Positions 13,378 through 25,699 of a stretch of 64,000 nucleotides of DNA are shown here, piece by piece. The position numbers were made by a program, and so were the translations under genes. Position 1 is the stretch's first letter. Every line of letters begins with the position of its first letter. The stretch covers positions 4,588,001-4,652,000 of the forward strand of contig JAQFVV010000002.1 of NCBI GenBank assembly GCA_028023455.1, read 5' to 3'. This DNA comes from Epiperipatus broadwayi. Taxonomy: Eukaryota > Animalia > Onychophora. The notes beneath the pieces were generated by a model. The model was not told the DNA's origin. It searched no databases and saw only the letters and a list, made by a program, of their open reading frames with translations.

Positions 13378-14399
13378 AAAAGACATGTAAGATGAGACTT
13401 AAAAAATTGATAGAAATAGAGAATAGAAAGATTTGGTTTCTTATGTGAAATTATAATAAAGAGAATTAATAAAGTTGAGGAATATGTAAATAATTCTTAT
13501 GAATGTTGATTTAGGATTATAGAGGAAATATTAAAAATAGCAAAAAATGAAATAGGAACTATTCAGTTGAAAAAAACCTAAATGAGATATGTTGGAAAAT
13601 CTGAAAGAATGGATAAGATGAAAGAATGTCAATACTGAGGAAGGGCAAAGAGTATATAAAAAATAATAATAAATTAATTAGAGAGAAACAGATTTAGCAA
13701 AAGATAAAATGATTAGACAAAAATGTAACGAGATAGAAGTGCTTTAACAGGAAAAAGGAAATGATCTGGTATTTGAAAATATTAGAAATGTAACTTGGTG
13801 AGAAAATGATTAACAAGTGAAATATCTGATAAGAATGGAAATGGATTAACTGATAATGATGATGTATTGAACAGGTTTAAAAAATAACTTCAATATTTAT
13901 TTATAAATAGAATAATGAATTAATTATGTATTTGTTGGAGTAAATGTTAAATTGTGGACATTATTGGAAAAAGAAGTAATAAAGTTGATTAAAGAAATGA
14001 AAAAATAGTAATGCTGTTGGATTTGATACAATACCTACAGAATTTTAAAAGAAATGGTATAGACTACTATTATAGAAGTAATTGGACTATGCAATTTGAT
14101 ATATAGTAGTGGAGTTTGGCCTGAAAATTTCTTGAGGAATATAATTATTCCAATTTCTAAAAATTAAGAAAGCTGTTAGATGTGAAGAGTACAGGTAAAT
14201 AAGTTTATTATTTCATGCTTTAACAAACATTGAGAATTTTTAACTCAAGAAATTTCTGGAAAGTAGAATATTAAATTGGAGAAGACCAGTTTGATTTTCA
14301 GAGGAGCCAAAAATACAAGGTATGCTATTAGTGTTGTTAAAACAATTTCAGAGAGATGTATTGAAAAAGATAAATAAATGTGTATATTGTTTTCCTGAA

Positions 14400-17340
14400 G
14401 ATTTGTGATGATGGTATTTTAGTTGTATTTATATATTGAACTATTTCCAACATCTAATATTTCAATTTTCAAATTACATTCAACTGTTAGTAATAACACA
14501 CAGATTAATATATGTACAATGTTTTGAGAGGTATTATTATTCTCTTTTCTTCAGGAGTCCTGAACTGTTAGATTTTTGAATATAGATAGGTTTTTTTAAG
14601 GTAATGCTCTAATCAGCTGAACCATCCTGACAAAGGCAACAGTCAGTAGAAATTTTATATACTTATCTATGAGGTTCCTCCTGATTTTACCTCTTTTTCC
14701 TAAGAGCAAGGTTGATTAGTGGCTTTCCTACATTATGTATAGTCACAATGGGGTAGGATATTTTAATTGGACTTTTCTCATCATCTAATATTAAGCATTG
14801 AACATCTTTAGAAAAAATTATTTAAATTTTCCAATTACATTCAATAGTTATTCCCCTCTCTTATTCATGTGTTGCTGGTCTGATTAGTGACCGTAATAGT
14901 CTTGGAATTGAATCTGGACCTTTAGATTCTTGAATGTTGAATTTTAAGGTAACATTATAACGAACTGAGCTATCTAAAACTATATTACATCTTTGGTAAC
15001 TTTATTTATGAATAGTAATGACAATAAAATTCTTGAATGTTTCTTTTCTGCACTGAATAACAATAATATTTCATCTTAATTACTATAATCTTATCTATGC
15101 CTTTTATATTTAAAACTTGGAATAGTACAAACTGTCTTAAAATCAGACAGCACAACTTCATAAGTTCAAATATTTCTAAAAATTCCAATGTTTTAAAATT
15201 TCTCCAGATATTTATCTAATTAGAACCTATATCATTTCTACTTTTAAAATTATAAAGAGCTGTTTTAGCATCACTAAACTGGATATTGGCTATGAAAATC
15301 TAAATGAGTACATAAAATGAGGTTATTATTAAGTGTCATATATGTACAACAATTTTATTAAGAGCAAAGCTTTATTAATAATAAAAATACTGTAGTGCTT
15401 AACATGCGTTCAACAGATAATTGGCATAGATGTAGCAATGCTTCTGACAGAGATAGAAGAAAGCTAACAAATTAGCATAATATTTGCATAGTGCATTAAT
15501 TAGTTAGAGCAAGCCACTTTTTTGGAAAGAGAAATACAATAGTCTTCCCTATTGATGGTATAATTGTCCTTGGAAATGTACCAAGCCTGCTTGATCTTTC
15601 ATATGACATCATTGTATTCTCATCAAATGACATTGAAACATGTGGGCTTGAATTGATAACTGGAGTTAGTGAAATGCTCATTTTAATTTTTATCACTCTC
15701 CAAAAAATATTCAGTATACTTTCTTCACCTATTTGAAATATCAGTGTTATTTTATAATATACAATACATGGATATCAGTGTATAACTTATCTTGTTTGAA
15801 GTCTTAATGTACTAATCATTTTAACTTTTTCTTGTCAGTTATTTAAATTCAGTCTTTAAAATTTTTATATTCATTATGAAGCTTTTTTTAATCATTTATT
15901 ATTCTGCCAAATAGAAAATGTCAGATGATTTTATTTTAATTAATATATTAATAATATGATCATTGACAGAAATTCTTTCTTTTAGTGAAGCCAAGAATAG
16001 ATTTATTTGTATCTGGAACACCTTCTTTAAGAGAATTCCATGTATAGGTAATATACCCTGAAAATTGAAATGAGCTGTTTTAATTTTTAATAGCAGAAAC
16101 ATCAAAATTTAATTATAGATAGTACATTGTATCATAGAATAAACATGAGATTTATTGCAGATATTAATAGAATAAGACATGTTGTTTAATGCAATTATCA
16201 TTTTAACCTAGTAATATATTAATCTATGATCTCTTCAATAAATTGCTTGTGTAAATAATCATGTAATATGAACTCCTATATTCTGACTTTTTATGATAGT
16301 ATAATCCATAGGATGCCATTATTTTGCACATGAATGCATCCATTTTCTTTTATAGAAATATTTATGCCTAAATAAAGTGTAATATATCCCAATATTGTAA
16401 AAAAATTTAATATCAGACCATTCAAGTTTCAGTATCAGAGCCATAACTTCCAATAATTTTTGCCCAATGTTTACTATTTGCACAAATATATGCATGAAAG
16501 TTTCCAAAATTAAAAAAAAAATAATGGTGTTAATCCGCCCGTCTGACTGTGCCAATATTATATCCGCAAGTATGACTGTGCAGTCAGCAAATAACTATAT
16601 ACAATTCCCACAATGTTCTCTTGCAACTAATGCTCTGCTGTGTATGCTCTCCAATGAATGGTCTGCAATAAATGCTCTGAATATACTCTGTATTCTCTGC
16701 AATGAATGCTCTCCAAATGAATGATCTGCAACGAATGCTCTGCCATGGATGCTCTCCAATGAATGGTCTGCACTGACTGTTCTCCAATGAATGGTCTGCA
16801 AGCAGATGCTCTCCAACAAATTGTCTGCAATGAGTCTATTTCTACAGTTCACTAAAGTTCAATTCCCACGATGTTTTTTCAGGCTGGCTGCTACAAAAAC
16901 AGTTCACAATGGGCATACCTTAGCCCCAGTCCAGTTTAGCTGTACACAAACTCTTCGTAGTAAGCACTGTGACTGCCGCCAGATATCTCCTACTGGAATT
17001 GAACAGTAACTCTACTGTAGATGCACTCCATACTGTCTGCTACTCGCTACTGCATGACTGCTCTCTACTACTCTCTATATTACACTGCGTAGTTGTTACC
17101 CAGTCTTCTTATTGCTTTCTGATAACTGCAACAATCAATCAATATACCATCCAATAAGATAATGTCTCTTATCTAGAAATATTTGCAATCAGCAAATATT
17201 TCTTGGAATTGTCAATCGCCATTACGTCAATACCTTAATTAAATTCCACAGTTATCAGCGCGCGATCTAAAAACAACTTCTCGAATACATTCTAGTTTTT
17301 CTGGAGTGCACAAACATGTCTGCCATTTGTTACAAAACAT
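14400..17340 (-). mobile_element. Old non-LTR retrotransposon (clade unassigned): CpG-containing 5' region, repeat-rich ORF1-like region, decayed APE and RT N-terminus
   Basis: Track ORF 16319..16555 (FVQIVNIGQKLLEVMALILKLEWSDIK) resembles an APE N-terminus. Downstream KSRNAIGSN*INIW resembles the K..KAPGPD.I motif. CpG-rich 16960-17340. Its 3' part is shared with copy A (~5240-6864). Confidence 0.45.
16645..16829. repeat. Irregular array of a 23-bp motif TG(C/T)TCTCCAATGAATGGTCTGCA, 5 copies
   Basis: Copies at 16645, 16707, 16750, 16778 and 16807, with partial aatgctctg subunits. Flanked by the direct repeat aattcccac(a/g)atgtt at ~16603 and 16861. Confidence 0.9.
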
Positions 17341-19619
17341 TACATTAATAAACTAATATTATGCAGAAAAGAATACAAATTATTTCTCTGCTTTCTGTCA
17401 ATCTAATATTGGATCATACACATTAATAATATAATCAAAGGCACCATTGTGTAAGTCCATTTGTAATACCATTAGCCTATCAGTGACATATGAAAAGTAC
17501 CAAAAATAAAAATTATTAGCATCTACAACAAATTCAATACAATGTATCTTCTTTTATGGGTTTATTTATCTTTTTAGAAAACTTGTGGCAATCTAGCTGT
17601 TTTATTGAACTTTCTTTCTCTGGAATATGAGTTTCACAAAGAATAGCTACATCAGTCTTAAATTTTGATTACCACTTATTTACTAATTATTATCAAGTTA
17701 TTAAGCATTTGTTTATATTTTTGTATACCTAGTCTGTTCAAAGTCATATTTACTAATGTGATAATGGAATCTATTTATTTATTTCAAGCTTATCTTTTCT
17801 TTTTCACCACTTACCTTTTAGAGCAATTTAAATCAGTGACTTGACATTTTAAGATATTACATTCAAGTGTAGAGAATCCATCTTTTTTTTTAAAAAAAAA
17901 AAAATTATATTTAATATGTTTCTAAATTTATATTTTTTTACTTAACCATTTTTGTCTCATTAATATTTTCAGACATCTATAAAAATATTTGGCTTAATTA
18001 TAAATTCATTTATTTAAAGAATTTTGATTTATTTTTTAATATTAACTACATTCCTCATTAAAAAGTTCACCATGATTTATTGCTATTTTACATTTAGATA
18101 TATTTCAATTAAGAATAAAAAGAATAAATTGTTATTTGCAAAGAAAAAATTGAACTAGAGAAATTCTTTTTTTAATATCAAAACATTACACGTGAATAAT
18201 TTTAACCAGAAAAAAAGACTACATGAATTTGAATAATAGAATTTTTTTCCCAATTTTTGTTAAATATATATTTTAAAAAATCCATATGTCATTTTTAAAA
18301 TAAAAATAAAATGAGCTAGCATTAATATAGCAATCAATTAAAGTTTATTTTCTAAAATTATTTTAATTTTTATAACCCTTTTTGATATATATCAGTTCAA
18401 AATCAAATTTACTTTTAGATGCAATCACATATTGATTTGTGTTACCTTAAATAAGCATAATTTGTTTTGAAATGCATTGAGTTCTATTACTAATATTTTA
18501 TTGTTTTTTTTTGTTCGCCAATATTATCAGTTTTAAAGTATTATAGCTATAAGTAATGTTTAAGCATTATTTTTCAATAATTTTTTTTTAGGAAATATTT
18601 AAATTTTGTTTAGAATTACATATATTTTTATACATTATAAATTTGTTGTTGTAAGTAGAAATTAGTAGTCTCTAAGATAATGTGGTAAACACACATACTC
18701 ATATCATATTAATATGCCATTTTTTCCAGGTTATTTCAAAATTAAATAGCTATAAAATTTTTTTTTTTTTTAAATTATTTAGAAACAATGAAGAATCACA
18801 CTTATTGACATACCATTAACTCTCCCATACTCTGACAGATTTCTTTGTTTTTGCTTACTTTAAGCTTTCAACTTTAATATTAAACCATTATTATTTATAA
18901 GAATATAATAAATTTGTCCTCATTTGATACATATTTTTGTTTAGAAATGAAATAAATTTTTAAAAATCAGTTTTGATTTTTAGAATTATTTTAAAAATTA
19001 GATTTTAATGAAAACAAAGTGCTGTTTCATCATTAAATTTCAGGTTGATCAGATTTATTTTTGCAAAATGAATGAAATCCTTGTTTGATGTTTGTTTTAA
19101 AAATTTAAATGTTTACGATTTATTAGTAATTTTTACAACATCACTAAGTGTTATTACAGATTATTTAGTGACAGCACTTTCTTGATTATTGAATTTTCCA
19201 CAATTGTAATCATTATAGTGACATTACTCAGAAGAATATAAGCTTTTATATTTAAAAATAAAACATTTCTCTTAAAAATAAATATGTAATAATATATATT
19301 TTGGATTTCCAATAATTATCATACAATTTCTATACAAAACTAATCGTAAACTTTCCACAAAATCAAGATTTTAGATTATCATAAAATTTTCTTGCAGTAA
19401 TCTTGCAAAGTTTGAGATCACCAAATATATAAACGGCACCCATTATCCTAGATTTTAAGAATCTTTGAAGAACTGCTTATTCAATTATCCTGACACCTTT
19501 TGAATTTTTTTAAAATTAAAATATCAAAAATATATATACATAAATTTTAAATCTGTAAAAAAAAAAGATTCACAAAATTTCTCAGTAGAGAACGAAAAAT
19601 GCAAATTCATTTTTTTTAC

Positions 19620-20020
19620 TTCCACATGAAAAAATAGCATAATGATAAACTGCATAAATAATTAAAAATATGTCATTATTTCTCTCTCCAAGCTGTCTGC
19701 AATACCATTTCTGAATAGATATATGCATTATGTAGTAATATAGTTTATCTACTCATTATAAAAGTTTTAAGATGTGAGTTAAAACATAAAATGTGGCAGA
19801 GTGTTTTATCATATAATGCTCTAATGCTTTTTGTGGCATCACAAAATCTTGCAAACATTCTTGAGGCTTATATATCCACGGTCATATACAGTTTGAATCA
19901 TTTCAAATATTTTATAGCAGTTGTTTTCCAACTGAAACAAAATTTAACATTAGTACATTGTCTTATTGATGGTTAAGATATGAAATGTTCTGTCATATTA
20001 TACAGCAACCCTTAATCTAA
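19620..20020 (-). mobile_element. Degenerate, internally deleted mariner-like transposase remnant
   Basis: Minus strand KFCF...FEMIQTVYDRG resembles the mariner N-terminal IKFCFKLGKT.TETFEMIQTVYG. YLFRNGIADSLER..MTYF resembles the C-terminal FYRNGI..L.ERW...G.YF. Confidence 0.5.
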
Positions 20021-21356
20021 ATACACCTCTCCAAAATCAAATCAAATATTCAAAGTTTATAATAATAAAATAATATTGAAATAACAAAAAAAAGACTTTA
20101 TTTATATGTCTTGGCTTCACATCCCTAATTTTTACCAATACAATTAAAAAATAAAATAAATATAAAAAGACTATTAGCTTTTATTGATGTCATGAAAATT
20201 ATAAGATAAGGACTCAAAAATAATAGTAAACAAATAATATAAACATATAATGAATATAAGTACATATTAAAATTGGTAATGCTGTGTCAAATAGCAAATT
20301 ACTGTAATAAAATAAGTGAATAAGGGTTTAGCAGGTTTTTTATAAATAAGATAATCTAAAATTCATGTTAACACAATATTTAAAAATTTATTAATACATT
20401 TACAATTGATATTTATTTTAAATAACCCTTAAGCTTCTGTGTGTTAAATTTATAATTGTATTTTAAAAGTGTAAAATACTAAACTCAATAACTAAGAGAA
20501 TTTTAATTATAAAATCCACCAATAGCTTCAACACCAGTGAACACTCATCAAATGTTAGATTAATCATCAAACATCAGTACAGGAATGATGTTTATATCAC
20601 TCACTAGTTAGAGCTTGTTTATTCATGTTATATTTTGTAGTTATTAAGTTAAATGAAATTGAAGATTCCAATTTAATAATAATAATGATAGTTTATTTAC
20701 TACAGATAATAATAAAACAAATAAAAATGAGAATGTATTATAAGAATTAAAATTTAACATGCTATATCATGTTGTATGTTCATAGCAATAAATGATGCAG
20801 GACAGATCAAAGAAAAATATTGATTCTATGAATTAATTTTTGATAAACAAATATGATATTATAAAATAAATCATAACTTGTTATAGTTTATCCACTATAA
20901 AGATAGTAGGTTAATCTAAAAAAGTTATCATAAAAAATATATTTATCTATTATCTATATACATTAAAAGGCTATTGTAATTTTTCTTGGATTAAGTATAC
21001 ATCTAAACATTCCTTCACATATAAAACATACATTAAAATGACCTTTTTAAAATATAAATGTAATGGTAAACCTTAAATGAAATCAAATAATTTGTATACA
21101 ATGATGAATGGTCATTGTCCATAGATTCCATTGCACCTTAGAGTTCTTTCACCAAGTTCACAATATAATCCATTAAGAATTCGATAATTTAAATGCAACA
21201 TTCAAATAGGAAAGAGCACGATGTTTGAAATGTATTCCATTGAGCTGACTAGTAATCTCCAGTAATATATTAGAACACATTAATCCTTTTAAATGGTTGT
21301 TACTACATCATAGGTTGTTCTGGATATTCTTGTGATTTTAATTTTATTAATATATA

Positions 21357-22747
21357 GGTTGTTTTATAATAGCATGTTGAAACCGCCAGAGGGCAGGGTT
21401 GGTTTGTAAACAAAGATAAATATAATGTTGCTGGGGCCGGGTTTCTTTTTTTTTGTTGGCTTTGGTTTTTTTTGTTTATCACATTTATAAAAGTAATATC
21501 AAATCAAATTTTTTAAACACAACTAAAAAAAAAAAACAAATGCATCAAAAAAATTACAAATAAATGAATTTACAAAAAAGTACTTAATTTTTTTTTATTC
21601 TTTTCATTATTTATATTTTCAAAGGGGCCGGGTTTTTTTTTTTTCGGTCTATGTATTTTTTTGTTGTTGTTGTTGTTTATCACATTTAAAAAGTACGGCG
21701 GCTATCAAATCGATTTTGGCAAACCCCCCCCCCCCAAAAAAAAAAAAAACATCAATTGAAAATGAATTTTAAAAAGTAGTTACCAATTTTTTGTTTGTTT
21801 TTATTCTTCTCATTAAACCCTTATATTTTTGGTTCGGTATTGTACGACAAAAAAATCAGCTGATTAAACTTTTTTTTTTGTTTTGTTTTTGTAAATTATA
21901 AATAAATCTATTGTCCATTTAACGGTAACATTTACAAGCCAAAGTCCAACTTTGGGAGAGGGGGGGAAAGGGGGGGTGTTTCCAATTGCTAACAGAACGG
22001 AATGCCAAAAACTCGAAGGTTGACCAAGTTTTGATGGTAATTCCCAAAAAAAACATCAATCTATACGGCAATTAAAAGCAACTTTTTGGGCTCTTCATGA
22101 AAAAAAACAGCAGGCATGCAGCTTCGAGATGTTTTGTTTGATAACCTGGTTCCAGCAGTCAGAGAAGAATCCTTCTTTCTTTGACATTCGGAAAGTTGTC
22201 CTATTCCAGCCATTTGATTAATCAGCTCGCAGTTGTTCTCGCATGAAACGTGACTTAGAGCGTGATTTGATAGGAATCGTGCTTTTACCTACACTTGGCC
22301 CATTTTTTCAGCAGGAAATGGGGGCTAGGGAAGCATGAGACTCTGCTGATAATTGTTAGTAGACCTTCCTAAAACATGCGAGATAGAGGGGGAGGTGGTC
22401 TTAATGAATATTAAAATAGTTTTGACAATCAGAATTCCAGCCACCCTCAGACAATACTGTAACCAAAAGTGAAATGTGATTGCACATCAAAAATGCTTAG
22501 CCCAAATCTGAGCTGTAAGCTGACACAGTAGCTTCTGCAGCAGATTGGCTAAATGTCATGTTTCTGTGCATTAGCATAGAAATAAACACAGCAGCCAGTA
22601 CCCCCCTATCAACAGACTATTTCTAGACTTATGCATTAGAAATAGAATGTTTGATAGCGGCGGAGGCCACCTAAACGGCATATTTCTGTGCACTATAAGA
22701 GAATTAACACCCTCTGGTGGTTTACAACACGCTATTGTAAAACAACC
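21357..22747. mobile_element. ~1.39-kb non-autonomous DNA element with ~38-bp terminal inverted repeats
   Basis: Left ggttgttttataatagcatgttg-aaaccgccagaggg vs reverse complement of right end ggttgttttacaatagcgtgttgtaaaccaccagaggg. Both flanks are TA-rich. The interior is richer in GC and CpG than the flanks. Confidence 0.85.
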
Positions 22748-24399
22748 AATATATATATGAAGCTTGACTGTAAACAGATATCAATTTCCATGGTTGATTT
22801 ATTTAATAATTCAGTTATTATAACTTTCATTTAGAAGCAATTATCACTGTATTCATTGGGGTCTTAATAATGCATATTCAATGTATGGTGTGAACACATA
22901 AATTTGTAGTAAACACTTAGTTTTATAATTTAAGTCACTCCACTAGATGGCATTAAACATGTTATAACACAACACATTAGATTAAAACTATTTAGCCGTC
23001 TTTCAATAAAATAATCATTCCATTTTAGCAAATTGTTATTATTTAAATCCTTCTTAAATCATCAATTTTATTTTTTTAGCAATTATATACATTTTCATCA
23101 CACTTATAAATATTCAGGTTGAATTTCAGTAAACTTTGTAAATTTCTTTCATAAAATATTTCTTTTGTTATTTTAAAAAGATCTTTACATTTTTGTCAGG
23201 ACACAAACATTGAACTTTTGGTCTAGTTATCATAATGTTATCATCAATGGACATTTAAAAATATGAATACATATCACTTCTTTTAAAAAAAACAAATAAA
23301 AAAAGACCCTCAACTTGAAACGATGGAGATTTATGAAGTAATTATCTCAAACATTTTTTGGATACAATCAAGTTTATTTATTTAGCCTTATGGAATAATC
23401 ATTGAGATTACTAACATTTCTGATATGTTCTTTTAAAATTTTAATTTTTAAAGCAAAAAAAAAAATTTCTTCAATTTTAAAATTGTATACCATAATCTCG
23501 TATCCATAATGACCATACGTGCATACATATATTCACACAAGTATTGAAAATATAATCATTGTTCAGCTATATATACCCTATTAAATATAAAACAAGCAAT
23601 GTTATTTTTCCTAATATATATATTTAAACTGAAATATTTTTATTTTAATCAGTAACTTTTATTATTCTGTCTTAAAATGTAATAGAAAAACAGACTACAA
23701 AGTTACTTAAAAGAAATAAAATTAAACAAGTCACGAATTGTTAATTTGTCTATTGATGTATTTTATAATAACTTAGACATAATAAAACAAAATTAGACAA
23801 GATATTATTCTGACCCTTATTAAAAGAAAATGCGTGTATTTTGTTTCTGTAATAATTTAATTGACCTTTAGACTAAGATGTCAAAACAGATGTATGTAAC
23901 ATTTTCTTAAAAGTTGAAAAGAAAAAAAAATCAAATTGAAAATATTACTTTGTTTAGTGATATGTTTTATAATGACTTTAAAATTATACATAATAAGATA
24001 AAGTTAGAGAAGACAGCAATTGACAATTTCAATAATTAACTTTATAAGCAATAAATGAATGATTCAAATATTTTTTATATAAACATACCAAATTCATTAC
24101 CAGAACGGTACAATATTAAATTGCCAAATTAAAATTATTACACTATTCTATAATTTTTCTCAAAGAAAAAGATGCAAGTTAAAGTGAATTACAAAAATAT
24201 TTAACATTCATTCTGTATTGTGATTAAATAATGTCTTAAATATTCTCTTGAAAAAACAAAGATATTCATTTACATATATACACATAATAATATAATAAAT
24301 GTCTGCTAATAAAAATCTTGTAATAAAATGTACTTTTTTTTTTACAAAATATTTTATTGATTAGCATAAATACATGAAATATTAAGAGTCTTTGGTTCT

Positions 24400-24790
24400 T
24401 TGATGTACATCCATTGTTAGTCTTTATTATTACAAGAATATTCACTGGAGCTGAGAAAGCAAGAATAAATAAATCCAGAGTTTAGAAACATGATCCTCAA
24501 TTATCCGGTAACTTTGCCATTTCCCACGTGTCTCTATATAAGTTGTCAGGCGCCAGATTCCTATCTCTGTTCTTCATATCATTAATAAGTTTATTAAATG
24601 TACTTCGGATGTCTCAGTCCATCTGCCCAAAGATCAATTTACATCTTGTAATCCATATTGTGTACAATGTAAAGATAGACAGCCTGATGTAAGCATAGAC
24701 TCTCTTTTGTATGGCTGCTTTCAGTGATAAAAGGTTTCCCTATATCCACCAAAAAATGGTTTATTTTTATCTAACCACAAGATAAATCAA
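24400..24790 (-). mobile_element. Penelope-like element GIY-YIG endonuclease remnant
   Basis: Minus strand, with frameshifts: (A)VYL-HCTQYGLQDV...GQMD*DIRSTFNKLINDMKN, matching the VY.I.C..C.L.YVGQT.R....RFNEH..DIKN pattern. Confidence 0.55.
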
Positions 24791-25155
24791 ACATTAATAC
24801 TTGAAATGGAGTGAAATGTGTTATATTATTGGTGAACTTTGTAAAAAAATTAATCAAACCAGCTTACAGTTTCACATAAGAATCAAGATGTAAAGTCTAT
24901 CAATTTTAATAAGCATGATTATTAAATATGTAGCAGTAAAATATAATATTATTTTTAAAGCAATAAATACTGAATGTGTATACTGCAATAACAATTCACA
25001 AGTCAGATATTTAATAAAATGTAAATGTCATATTTTATGAGCAGTTTATCACTTAGACAAAAAGTTGTCTACTATTTTCTAATAAAAACATTGTTTAATG
25101 GTGTATTCAGATTGTACTCTCAGCACTACATATATAATAGCCATAATTTATTTAT

Positions 25156-25208
25156 CTGATGATGATGATTATTATTATTATTGTTATTATTATTATGATG
25201 ATGATGAT
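25156..25208. repeat. Compound (GAT)n(TAT)n(GAT)n microsatellite
   Basis: tgatgatgatgattattattattattgttattattattatgatgatgatgatg. Confidence 0.9.
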
Positions 25209-25699
25209 GTTTCAACAATAAAATTGACTTATAAAGGATTATATGTTTATCTATGTACAAAGGATTGTTTATATTGTCATTTCTCATCATTTCTCATGAT
25301 GCTTTACATATAAATTGTGTTAAGCCATTATTTTTTTCTAGGAAAATTTTGACAATATATGCCTCATGTCTAAATAAATGTTCAAATATAAACAATTCTA
25401 ATCTGCATAAGTTGTTTCTGAAGGCTATTATTAGCTCCATTTAAAAAATGTATGTGCAAAGATAATATGTGACAGTTTTCTAATGTATATTGTTCAACTC
25501 TTGAGGAGTAAGGAGTATTATGAATATAGACTGCATGTTCTTTTAGTAAGATTTTTAAAGTTTTGTTCAGTTGATATCTTTCAATGAGAAAATCATTGTG
25601 TTCATAAATGTTACAATTATTTCATGTCCATTGTATACTATGCCAGTACCATCTACTAGGACAAATAATTTCTGTTACTATTTATAAAATATTCACTTT

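Larger units (their letters stand above)
7365..16029. repeat. Copy B of the duplicated block, interrupted by a LINE insertion (8517-12662) and carrying a 192-bp tandem duplication
   Basis: Starts at the first base after the gap with atctctaatcaggaaagttc (same as 2519). The sequence at which copy A stops (ggaacaccttcttta, 6864) recurs ending at 16029. Confidence 0.97.

Noticed and set aside
16645-16829. CRISPR-like array of 23-bp repeats
   Set aside because: Spacers are about 39, 19, 5 and 6 nt and are built from repeat subunits. Eukaryotic context, no cas genes.
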